This document shows, piece by piece, positions 26,116-34,408 of a DNA stretch of 34,408 nt. Positions within the stretch are counted from its first letter, which is position 1. Every line of letters begins with the position of its first letter. The notes below the pieces were generated by a model, which saw only the letters and a list, made by a program, of their open reading frames with translations, did no database searches and was not told the origin of the DNA. The DNA is taken from the sequence record SRR31156797_23686. One strand, written 5' to 3'. A program made the position numbers and the translations under genes.

Positions 26116-28287
26116 ATGGAGAAGTATATGAAATATTTATACTTATTATTAGTAATAATCATTCTGCTCCTTGCAGGCGCAGGCTATATATACTATACCA
26201 ATTCTCAGGCTCATGATAATATACTAGATAGTATAACTGTCTTTGAATCCTATCTGAGGAACAAGGAATACGATACAGCGCAAGTTGTCTACGAAGATGC
26301 TAACAGCACATTAAAAGCTAATTATAATATCACACTTGATACATATATTAATCAGTACATATCAGGTATAGATACTGAAGCTGAAGCCGAAGATATATTA
26401 AATGATTTGTATGATATACAATTAATCGGATATACTAATGAAGAAATTTCCAGAATGATTAACCAATATGAGAGTATTCTTACGTCTAATTATGCCTTTG
26501 AAACAGGTCTTAGTCTATATAGAGAGAATAAGTTTGATGAAGCACTAGAAATATTTTCTGAAGTAATTGAGTCTGATGAAAACTATGAAACGGCTATGAG
26601 TATAATCGAAGATCATCACAATCACCAGAAGGTATTTGACGAGGCGAAGGAAGCTAATTCTTTTGGTCGTAATCCTCTGCCTAATGCTGTAGCTAATAAC
26701 GATGAATATATGTTTATTCCATATATTGATGATAATGCCTATTGTATATTAAAAATTAAAAAAGGAAGCTATTTAACCTATGTGTTTCCTATTATTAGTA
26801 CCAATTATCCAAGTGAAATTGATAATTTGAATATTATTGGTGACTACATATATTTCACACTTAATGCAAATTACACAACAGAAGAAGACTACAGCGGAAT
26901 ATATAAAATTAAAACTGATGGCAGTGCATTGCAGAAAGTTTCGGATGAAAAGCTAAGGGAGTTTATTATTCGAGGTGATACATTTTATGGACTAACAATA
27001 GATGGTGAGCTAAAATCATACGACAGCAGATTTGTTGGTGAAGAATTAATCTACGAAGGGGATATAGAGTATTTTCAGTTTAGCGATGGCGGCATATACC
27101 TAGGTATTTCCCAAAGTGAGGAAATAAATCCGGATATTGAATATATTAAGTGGGATTATGAGGAGATAGAGGTCATTTCATCACAATATAGTAAAAACCG
27201 AAAGTACTATGTTTTTGATGAGGGTAATTTAGTCTGCTTTGACTATGGTGGAAATAATGAATGGATATACTTAATGACACCTGAATATAAAAATCAGCAT
27301 GTTAAAATTGATGATATTTATGAAGTGTATGGGATAGTTGACGGAACAATTATCTATACAATCATTGGTGACTATTATCAGGAATGTATCAATATTTATA
27401 TGATTGAGAGATATAAGAATAGTGAAATAGCATCAACTGATTTTTTTAGCCCTATGGTTTTGGGCATAAATTATGAAGACAGCGGTATTGTTGTGCAAAA
27501 GAATAACGAACTATATATTACAGGTCTTGATTTTACATTAGATAAAGCAATTGTAATACCATCAGTAAAGAGTGATGTGCTGGCATCAAATCAAGATACA
27601 ATAATTAATTATGGAATTGATGAAAATAGCCAAGGTAAAAATTGGGACTGGGAATATTCATCTGATGATACTAAAATCAATATTGACTTAAGATATATTG
27701 AGAATATTGAAATCAATATGTATTTTGTCGAGATTATATCTGATAATCAGAATATACTAAATATATTAAATAAAGATGAGCTTAGTACAGATGGCTTGAG
27801 CTTCGGTGTGAGTGTAGATATTGGAAATACTACAGAGGATACTAATGCAGAGGATAGTACGATTACGAATAGTGTTATTGCTTCCGATGGATTAGTGATA
27901 GATACTGACGGCGTTTTGAATCTGTATAGTGCAACAAATATGATATCAAAGGATATCTATACATATGATAATGTACATATTTCCATTGAGAGAGGTTTTG
28001 CTGTACTCAAGGACTGTATAGTGCAGGAAATAGCCGAAAAAGCAGGGAATTATATTGCTATCGGACAAATAAAGCAAGGGCATTATATTATTCTGGCTGT
28101 TGATGCCACGGATGAAGATAACAAGGCAATAACCCCATATCAATGCGGAAGGCTTTTAGGTGAAATGGGGTGTATAAATGGTTATTGCTATAATAATTCG
28201 AATATATCGATATTATTAGATAACAATGTTATTTTTGATAATGGTAATGAAACTGCTGATGACTGCAGATATCTGGTAATTAAATAA
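26116..28287 (+). CDS. Large membrane-anchored surface protein: TPR-like region, DUF5050-like beta-propeller, degenerate phosphodiester-glycosidase-like C-terminus
   Basis: N-terminal TM; NLNIIGDYIYF..GIYKIKTDGS; AIGQIKQGHYIILAVD...LGEMGC. Confidence 0.7.
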   Translation: MEKYMKYLYLLLVIIILLLAGAGYIYYTNSQAHDNILDSITVFESYLRNKEYDTAQVVYEDANSTLKANYNITLDTYINQYISGIDTEAEAEDILNDLYDIQLIGYTNEEISRMINQYESILTSNYAFETGLSLYRENKFDEALEIFSEVIESDENYETAMSIIEDHHNHQKVFDEAKEANSFGRNPLPNAVANNDEYMFIPYIDDNAYCILKIKKGSYLTYVFPIISTNYPSEIDNLNIIGDYIYFTLNANYTTEEDYSGIYKIKTDGSALQKVSDEKLREFIIRGDTFYGLTIDGELKSYDSRFVGEELIYEGDIEYFQFSDGGIYLGISQSEEINPDIEYIKWDYEEIEVISSQYSKNRKYYVFDEGNLVCFDYGGNNEWIYLMTPEYKNQHVKIDDIYEVYGIVDGTIIYTIIGDYYQECINIYMIERYKNSEIASTDFFSPMVLGINYEDSGIVVQKNNELYITGLDFTLDKAIVIPSVKSDVLASNQDTIINYGIDENSQGKNWDWEYSSDDTKINIDLRYIENIEINMYFVEIISDNQNILNILNKDELSTDGLSFGVSVDIGNTTEDTNAEDSTITNSVIASDGLVIDTDGVLNLYSATNMISKDIYTYDNVHISIERGFAVLKDCIVQEIAEKAGNYIAIGQIKQGHYIILAVDATDEDNKAITPYQCGRLLGEMGCINGYCYNNSNISILLDNNVIFDNGNETADDCRYLVIK

Positions 28288-28686
28288 CTATTTTCTGATT
28301 GCATCCTTTAGCTGGCTGACTGTTGATGGCAGGGTTTCGATTAATCGTTCCATAGACGAATTGTAATTGACAGGAAGCATGGTGATACTGTTTTCCTTTG
28401 CGACAATGAACCCAATAGGCTGGAGGCTGACACCTGCACCTGCACCGCCAGCAAAGGGGTAATCTTTTTTCATATTACTATCCTGTTGCTGAGAATTGCC
28501 ATTTTTCTTCTTGCTTTCCATTTCTCCGCCGCCTGAGAAGAATCCAAAGCTGACCTTTGAAATAGGCACTATCATGGTACTGTCCTGTGAGAATATAGCT
28601 TCACCGACAATTGTATTTACATCTACCATAGATTTTATTTTGTCTAGGGTGGTCTCCATTACATCATTTACATTATTATTTGTCAT
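28288..28686 (-). CDS. ytfJ: YtfJ/GerW family sporulation protein
   Basis: IKSMVDVNTIVGE, IVPISKVSFGF.SGG, PFAGGAGAGVS.QP.GF. The likely start is the ATG at 28686 after AAAGGA. Confidence 0.92.
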   Translation of the reverse strand: MTNNNVNDVMETTLDKIKSMVDVNTIVGEAIFSQDSTMIVPISKVSFGFFSGGGEMESKKKNGNSQQQDSNMKKDYPFAGGAGAGVSLQPIGFIVAKENSITMLPVNYNSSMERLIETLPSTVSQLKDAIRK

Positions 28687-28697
28687 AATTATTCCTT

Positions 28698-29144
28698 TCA
28701 ATTCGAGTATCTTCTGTAGCTGATATATGACTGCAGTGTATTTAGCATAGACATATGGATTCGGATATTCAGGTGATATCCGGAAAAAACATACCTGATA
28801 TTTTGAGTTATTTTCATACTGCTGGCAGCATCTATTGATTCGAGTAGTCCGCAAACTTTGGATGTTAACAGAGCAGTATTTTCATTCAGCTCGAGAACAT
28901 TAATATTATAATCAATATTTACAGTGGCTTTGACTGCCTTTAGCATAATAATATCAGGCTTTATCTTTCTTTTCTTTTTCTTTAGCTTAATATGCTTTAT
29001 CTCCATAACACGAAACCGACCGAGAACAATATAATATAAAGCTAAAGTATAAGCTCCGTTTTTAATATAGAAATCCAGCTCAATTCCATGATGGAAGAAT
29101 ACCAATACTATAATTGCTAAAACTATTAAAACATATATCAACAC
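28698..29144 (-). CDS. YtfI-like (DUF2953-like) membrane-anchored protein
   Basis: N-terminal TM, a Lys-rich patch, and a position directly upstream of ytfJ. Confidence 0.6.
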   Translation of the reverse strand: MLIYVLIVLAIIVLVFFHHGIELDFYIKNGAYTLALYYIVLGRFRVMEIKHIKLKKKKRKIKPDIIMLKAVKATVNIDYNINVLELNENTALLTSKVCGLLESIDAASSMKITQNIRYVFSGYHLNIRIHMSMLNTLQSYISYRRYSN

Positions 29145-29244
29145 CTGTTTATTTTGTGATAGTTATTTTTATTAATTCGTGGATAATATTAACAATGTTT
29201 GTTTGGTGATATGCTATTTACAGCAATAGATAACCATAAAGATT

Positions 29245-30660
29245 ATGAGTGTTGACGAAAAACTGGAAAAAAACTATAATAACCATAACATGAGCAAGAA
29301 TTACTTGAAATTTGATGATACAATAGCTGCAGTCGCAACAGGAATGGTTAAGTCGGCTATATCTATAATACGCATATCCGGAAAGTATGCCAAGGATGTT
29401 GCTGAAAAATCCTTCAAAGGAGCACAGCTTGAAGATAGAATAATGACCTATGGTCATATTTTTGATGAAGAAAAGATGCTGGACGAGGTTATGGCGTGCT
29501 ATATGAAATCCCCCAATACATTTACCGGTGAGGATGTTGTGGAAATATATTGCCACGGTTCTTTGTACACTACAAAATCTATTCTGTCTTTGATGATAAA
29601 AAATGGTGCTCGTATGGCTGAGCCGGGAGAATTTACAAAGAGAGCATTCTTGAATGGCAAAATGGATTTATCTCAGGCTGAAGCTGTAGCTGATGTAATA
29701 AATGCCAGCACGCTAAGTGCTAGTGATGTTGCCCTGAATCAATTATCCGGCAGACTAAAAAATCATGTAAATGAAATAATGAATGATTTAACTAAGCAGA
29801 TTGCACGGATTGAGGTTACTGTGGATTATCCCACAGAGGATATTGAAGAAGTAACAAATAATGAGTCAGTTAAATTGATTGATAAAAGCTTAGAATATAT
29901 GGGTAATGCACTAAAAACAGCAGAGAGAGGAAAGATATTTAGGTCAGGCATCAGGTGCGCTATTGTAGGTCAGCCCAATGTAGGCAAATCATCTCTGCTT
30001 AATGCACTCCTTGGTGAATCCAGAGCTATAGTAACAAATATTGCAGGAACAACCAGAGATACTCTTGAGGCTCATGTAGATATGAAGGGTGTGGAAGTTG
30101 TGCTGATTGATACAGCTGGTATTCATGATACAGAGGATGTAGTGGAGAAAATCGGCGTTGAGCGTGCAATATCCAGCATAGAAAATGCACATATAGTTCT
30201 GTTTGTTCTTGATATGTCTCAATTACCTGATGAAAAGGATATTAACCTCTATAAATCTATTAAGGATAAGGAGCATATTTTTGTACTTAATAAATCGGAT
30301 GTGCAAAATGAAGAATTTACTGAGACAGCCAGTGAGCACTTTAATATAAGTGAGGCAATGACAGTAAGCTCCGCTGATGGAACAGGCATTGAAGAGCTGG
30401 AGGATAAATTAATCAGCATTGTAACAGATGATACTGTTCCTAGCCAGATGGAACTATCCAACGTACGGCATATAGATGCTATAATCAAGGCAAGAGACTC
30501 ATTAACGCAGGCTAAGCAAACTCTTTCGCTTGGAATGCCGGTAGATTTGGCTGTAGTTGACTTGCGTGATGCGTTGGATTACCTAGGGGAGATTACAGGA
30601 GAAAATGTAGACGAAGATGTAATCAATTCAATTTTCAGTGATTTCTGCGTAGGCAAATAG
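29245..30660 (+). CDS. mnmE: tRNA modification GTPase MnmE (TrmE)
   Basis: DTIAAVAT, IIRISG, GQPNVGKSS, GTTRD, DTAG, NKSD and C-terminal FCVGK. The start could be the ATG at 29290. Confidence 0.97.
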   Translation: MSVDEKLEKNYNNHNMSKNYLKFDDTIAAVATGMVKSAISIIRISGKYAKDVAEKSFKGAQLEDRIMTYGHIFDEEKMLDEVMACYMKSPNTFTGEDVVEIYCHGSLYTTKSILSLMIKNGARMAEPGEFTKRAFLNGKMDLSQAEAVADVINASTLSASDVALNQLSGRLKNHVNEIMNDLTKQIARIEVTVDYPTEDIEEVTNNESVKLIDKSLEYMGNALKTAERGKIFRSGIRCAIVGQPNVGKSSLLNALLGESRAIVTNIAGTTRDTLEAHVDMKGVEVVLIDTAGIHDTEDVVEKIGVERAISSIENAHIVLFVLDMSQLPDEKDINLYKSIKDKEHIFVLNKSDVQNEEFTETASEHFNISEAMTVSSADGTGIEELEDKLISIVTDDTVPSQMELSNVRHIDAIIKARDSLTQAKQTLSLGMPVDLAVVDLRDALDYLGEITGENVDEDVINSIFSDFCVGK

Positions 30661-30680
30661 TATAGGTGTAAGGGATAAAG

Positions 30681-32555
30681 ATGATAGATAATTCTCAAAA
30701 ATTTGACATAATAGTAGTAGGAGCTGGTCATGCTGGCTGTGAGGCCGCACTTGCAGGTGCAAGACTAGGCATGAAGACCCTTTGTTTAACCGTCAATCTG
30801 GACGGTATTGCTTTGATGGCGTGTAATCCATCAGTAGGGGGTACTTCAAAAGGACATTTGGTTCGCGAAGTAGATGCATTAGGCGGCGAAATGGGTATAA
30901 ATACGGACAAGACTTCCATTCAGACCAGAATGCTTAACCTGTCAAAAGGCCCTGCTGTTCACTCATTGCGAGCACAATCTGATAAAAAGAAATACCACAA
31001 CGAAATGAAAAAGACAATGGAGAATACGGATAACCTTGTGCTAAAGCAAGAGGAAGCCACATCTCTTATTGTTAAGAATAAGGAAGTCATTGGTGTAGAA
31101 ACAAATTTAAGAGCTAAGTATTATGCCAATGCTGTAATTCTAGCAACGGGTGTATACCTAAAGAGCAAAATTATTATTGGTGAATACACCAAGGAAGCAG
31201 GCCCTTCAGGACTCTTTGGTGCTAACTCTCTGACTCAAAGCCTAATAGATAATGATATTAAAGTGGCGAGATTTAAGACTGGTACACCTGCAAGGGTGGA
31301 CAGCAGAACTATTGACTACTCCAAAATGGAAGTACAGGAAGGTGACCCGTCAATTCCAAGCTTTTCATTTATGGATGTTGACGGCTTAGATAAGCAAATC
31401 CCCTGTTATTTAACGTGGACAAATGAAGAAACACACAAAATAATAAGAGCAAATCTTCATCGTTCGCCTTTGTACTGTGGAGATATTGAGGGAATAGGTC
31501 CCAGATATTGTCCGTCTATTGAGGATAAGGTAGTACGCTTTGCTGATAAGAAGCGTCATCAGGTATTTATAGAACCAGAGGCAGAAAATACCTTGGAAAT
31601 GTATGTGCAGGGCATGTCTACATCTCTCCCATATGATGTACAGATAGCTATGTACCGTACTATTGCAGGATTAGAAAATGTAGAGATTATGCGTGCGGGA
31701 TATGCAATAGAATATGATTGTATTGATTCGACTCAGTTGAATCTTAGCCTTATGCTTAAGAATATTGATGGACTTTTCGCAGCTGGACAAATAAACGGCT
31801 CATCTGGATACGAGGAAGCTGCGGCACAGGGCTTGATAGCAGGCATCAATGCAGTGCAGTATATCAAAGGCAATGAACCCTTGGTATTGTCTCGTTCAGA
31901 TGCATATATCGGCGTGCTGATAGATGATTTGGTCACAAAGGGCACTAATGAACCCTACCGGATGATGACATCACGTGCAGAGCATCGCCTGATACTCCGA
32001 CAAGATAATGCAGACTTAAGATTAACCGAAATTGGATATAAGATTGGTCTTGCTACAAAAGACAGATATAAAAAGATGGTTAACAAGCGCAAGGAAGTAG
32101 AAGAGATTAAAAATTTACTAAATGCCAAAAATGCATCTCCACAATCCTTAAAGGAGCTCTTTGCAAGTCGTGATGAAATACTGCCAAGTCATGCTATATC
32201 TCTTGCAGATGCTATAAAGAGAGTGAAAGTCACAATAAATGACATTGTAAGTGCAGGATTTTTGGAGGATAATTATTCTAAAGATGCACTAAATCAAGCA
32301 CAAATCCAGATAAAATATGATGGCTATATCGTCAGGCAGATGTCACAGGTCAACAAGCAAAAGAGGATGGAGAGATTCTCCCTAAAAGATATTGATTATA
32401 AAGCCATTAAAGGTCTTCGTATTGAAGCTAAGCAAAAATTAGAGAGTATTCGTCCAGATAATATTGGACAAGCATCCAGAATTTCTGGTGTATCACCTGC
32501 GGATATTGGTGTACTTTTAGTATACTTAGAGAGAGGCACAGAGTATAGTGAATAA
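30681..32555 (+). CDS. mnmG: tRNA uridine-5-carboxymethylaminomethyl synthesis enzyme MnmG (GidA)
   Basis: [45 protein letters not shown]. Confidence 0.99.
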   Translation: MIDNSQKFDIIVVGAGHAGCEAALAGARLGMKTLCLTVNLDGIALMACNPSVGGTSKGHLVREVDALGGEMGINTDKTSIQTRMLNLSKGPAVHSLRAQSDKKKYHNEMKKTMENTDNLVLKQEEATSLIVKNKEVIGVETNLRAKYYANAVILATGVYLKSKIIIGEYTKEAGPSGLFGANSLTQSLIDNDIKVARFKTGTPARVDSRTIDYSKMEVQEGDPSIPSFSFMDVDGLDKQIPCYLTWTNEETHKIIRANLHRSPLYCGDIEGIGPRYCPSIEDKVVRFADKKRHQVFIEPEAENTLEMYVQGMSTSLPYDVQIAMYRTIAGLENVEIMRAGYAIEYDCIDSTQLNLSLMLKNIDGLFAAGQINGSSGYEEAAAQGLIAGINAVQYIKGNEPLVLSRSDAYIGVLIDDLVTKGTNEPYRMMTSRAEHRLILRQDNADLRLTEIGYKIGLATKDRYKKMVNKRKEVEEIKNLLNAKNASPQSLKELFASRDEILPSHAISLADAIKRVKVTINDIVSAGFLEDNYSKDALNQAQIQIKYDGYIVRQMSQVNKQKRMERFSLKDIDYKAIKGLRIEAKQKLESIRPDNIGQASRISGVSPADIGVLLVYLERGTEYSE

Positions 32556-33273
32556 AGAAATTTTTATAAATACTCTCGAAAAAGGTTTCAACAGCTATGG
32601 TATCAAAGTATCCAGTGATAAACTAAATAAGCTGGAGTGGTTTAATAATATGCTTATGGAAGCAAACCAGTATATGAATTTAACTGCTGTCACTGAGGAA
32701 AAAGAATCTGCAAAAAAGCATTTTTTAGACAGCATTAATCCGCCGATTATGAATCTGATAAAATATCAGAGCCGTATAATAGATATAGGATCTGGGGCGG
32801 GATTTCCGGGAATACCTCTTGCAATAGTGCGTGATGATTCGGACTTTACTCTCCTTGATACTAGGCAGAAACGCTGTGAATTTCTCCAATCTGTGATTGA
32901 TAAACTGAAGCTGAAAAATGCACATATTCTTTGGAACAGAGCTGAGGTAATAGGGAAAGATTCACAATACAGAGAACAATTTGACATAGCAACAGCCAGA
33001 GCAGTAGCTGGTATAAATGTGCTTTCAGAGTACTTGCTGCCCTTTGTTAGAATAGATGGTTATGCTGCAATGTATAAATTATATGATATAAATGATGAAC
33101 TTGAGCTGGGAAGAAACGCTATAGAAACACTAGGCGGTGAAATAAATGCACTGCAATCTTACACTATTATTGGCGAAAATCGTAGGCAAGCCATTTTATC
33201 TGTAAAAAAAATATCACATACTCCAACAAAATATCCACGAAAGAGTGGACTGCCAACAAAAAGACCTCTTTAA
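32548..33273 (+). CDS. rsmG: 16S rRNA m7G527 methyltransferase RsmG (GidB)
   Basis: [41 protein letters not shown]...PL. Confidence 0.97.
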   Translation: MNKEIFINTLEKGFNSYGIKVSSDKLNKLEWFNNMLMEANQYMNLTAVTEEKESAKKHFLDSINPPIMNLIKYQSRIIDIGSGAGFPGIPLAIVRDDSDFTLLDTRQKRCEFLQSVIDKLKLKNAHILWNRAEVIGKDSQYREQFDIATARAVAGINVLSEYLLPFVRIDGYAAMYKLYDINDELELGRNAIETLGGEINALQSYTIIGENRRQAILSVKKISHTPTKYPRKSGLPTKRPL

Positions 33274-33459
33274 ACAATTATTACTACATCAGAACATGTC
33301 GCTATTTGCATTATTTTGATGAACGAATTAGATGTATTTCTTTCCTATTATATGGTAGTATTCAATCGTAGCAGGTGCTAAACCCCAAAGGTGATAACTC
33401 ACTTCTTAAGCATTCGTATCGGCTTTGGTCAAAAAGCAACCTACTCTTTCCTTGCATCA

Positions 33460-33491
33460 GCCGCCTGCTTCTCTCCCCTTAGGTGGGCGGC
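33460..33491 (+). other. GC-rich RNA hairpin with a C/U-rich loop upstream of the noc-like gene
   Basis: 11-bp stem GCCGCCTGCTT / AGGTGGGCGGC with three G-U pairs, and loop CTCTCCCCTT. Confidence 0.6.
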
Positions 33492-33514
33492 AAGTATCAA
33501 TAAAGGATGTAATA

Positions 33515-34333
33515 ATGCAGTTATTAGGACAAAAGATAAAAAATGAAAAAGAAGATGTAAAGCTAAAGAAGCTGCCCATTGACAGTATTCATCCATCTCC
33601 TCATCAATCAAGGAAGAATTTTGATAAAATGGGTATATATCAGCTGGCAGAGTCTATCAAGCACAATGGACTGATTCAGCCAGTTATTGTCCGTGAAATA
33701 TCAGCATTGGAATATGAATTGATAGCGGGGGAAAGGAGACTGCGAGCATGTAAGACGGCAGGACTGAGGAAAATATCTGCTATTATAGTAAAGGCTACTG
33801 ATGAGCAGTCCGCAATACTTTGCATGGTGGAAAATGTTCATAGACAGCAGCTTCATTTCTTTGAAGTGGCTGAAGGGTACAAGAAGCTGATACAAGATCA
33901 TATGATGACACAATGCCAATTAGCAAAGCAGCTAGGCATACAGCAATCTACTATTGCTAACAAAATCAGGCTACTCAAGCTGGATACTATGATAAAGGAT
34001 AAAATATCTATGCATCAGCTTACAGAGCGACATGCTAGAGCATTACTGCGTGTTGCCAGCGGTATAGAGCGCGAGAAGTTGTTGGATACAGTAATTAGAA
34101 ATAAACTAAATGTTCAGAAAACTGATGCATTGATTAATAGATATTTGGAGAATAAACGTTCTGAGAAATCAACAAAAAATGTGAAAAGAGCATATTCTGA
34201 CTGGAGGCTGTTAAACAATTCAGTTAAGTCGCTTGTAAACAAGATGAAGCAGACAGGCACTCTGATAGATTATAGTGTTATGGATCTGGGTAAACAGGTT
34301 AAGATGACTATAATTATTGACAAAAGTAATTAG
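33515..34333 (+). CDS. noc: ParB/Spo0J family protein, Noc-like
   Basis: I.PSPHQSRK.F, LAESIK..GLIQP, LIAGERRLRA, HTH TQ.QLA..LG..QSTIANK.RLL, LTERHARALL. Follows rsmG. The ATG at 33515 follows AAAGGA. Confidence 0.75.
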   Translation: MQLLGQKIKNEKEDVKLKKLPIDSIHPSPHQSRKNFDKMGIYQLAESIKHNGLIQPVIVREISALEYELIAGERRLRACKTAGLRKISAIIVKATDEQSAILCMVENVHRQQLHFFEVAEGYKKLIQDHMMTQCQLAKQLGIQQSTIANKIRLLKLDTMIKDKISMHQLTERHARALLRVASGIEREKLLDTVIRNKLNVQKTDALINRYLENKRSEKSTKNVKRAYSDWRLLNNSVKSLVNKMKQTGTLIDYSVMDLGKQVKMTIIIDKSN

Positions 34334-34408
34334 ACTCCTTTTGAGTTTGATATAAGATTGGGGTGATCCCCCAATAACTAACATTTCTCTCATCATTCCA
34401 TATCCATT

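Noticed and set aside
28687-28854. N-terminal extension of YtfJ in the ORF track
   Set aside because: It overlaps the ytfI-like gene. An RBS and family-typical start are at 28686.
29178-29186. Replication origin at the DnaA-box-like site
   Set aside because: There is only one imperfect box in a 100-bp spacer, and an oriC would need a cluster.
32801-32814. Noc-binding-site-like sequence ATTTCCGGGAAT in rsmG
   Set aside because: It is a poor match to the 14-bp palindrome and is explained by the conserved GFPGIP coding motif.
219-33919. Numerous antisense or overlapping ORFs in the track (e.g. 219..494, 3311..3658, 9362..9868, 10791..11234, 19564..19860, 21728..21982, 29218..29556)
   Set aside because: They are shadows of well-supported genes on the opposite strand, with no recognisable motifs.
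1-34408. CRISPR array, tRNA/rRNA, IS element or prophage
   Set aside because: By eye I found no regularly spaced repeats, RNA gene signatures, transposase, integrase or phage genes.

Overview
This is a low-GC chromosomal window from a Clostridia-like (probably spore-forming) Firmicute. It contains: (1) the 3' end of tuf; (2) an AT-rich accessory islet (ArsR repressor with two matching operators, a membrane protein, a SAM methyltransferase, an AraC pseudogene and a second membrane protein); (3) the murB-rapZ-yvcK-whiA-crh-dnaE block; (4) pfkA followed by an intact but catalytically degenerate tandem paralog; (5) an operon of a membrane-anchored 3xLTD-CotH kinase, a VTC polyphosphate-polymerase-domain protein and a DUF4956 membrane protein; (6) a minus-strand DUF1858-rubredoxin-flavodiiron redox operon, whose rubredoxin is missing from the ORF track; (7) a lipid kinase, two lipoproteins, an orphan AraC-type response regulator, ogt, DUF554, a large surface protein and ytfI/ytfJ-like genes; (8) mnmE-mnmG-rsmG and a noc/parB-like gene with a structured upstream region. 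I saw no rRNA, tRNA, CRISPR array or intact mobile element. The best leads are the CotH-VTC-DUF4956 module, the pseudo-PFK, and a candidate structured RNA upstream of noc. All family assignments come from motif recognition by eye, not from database searches.
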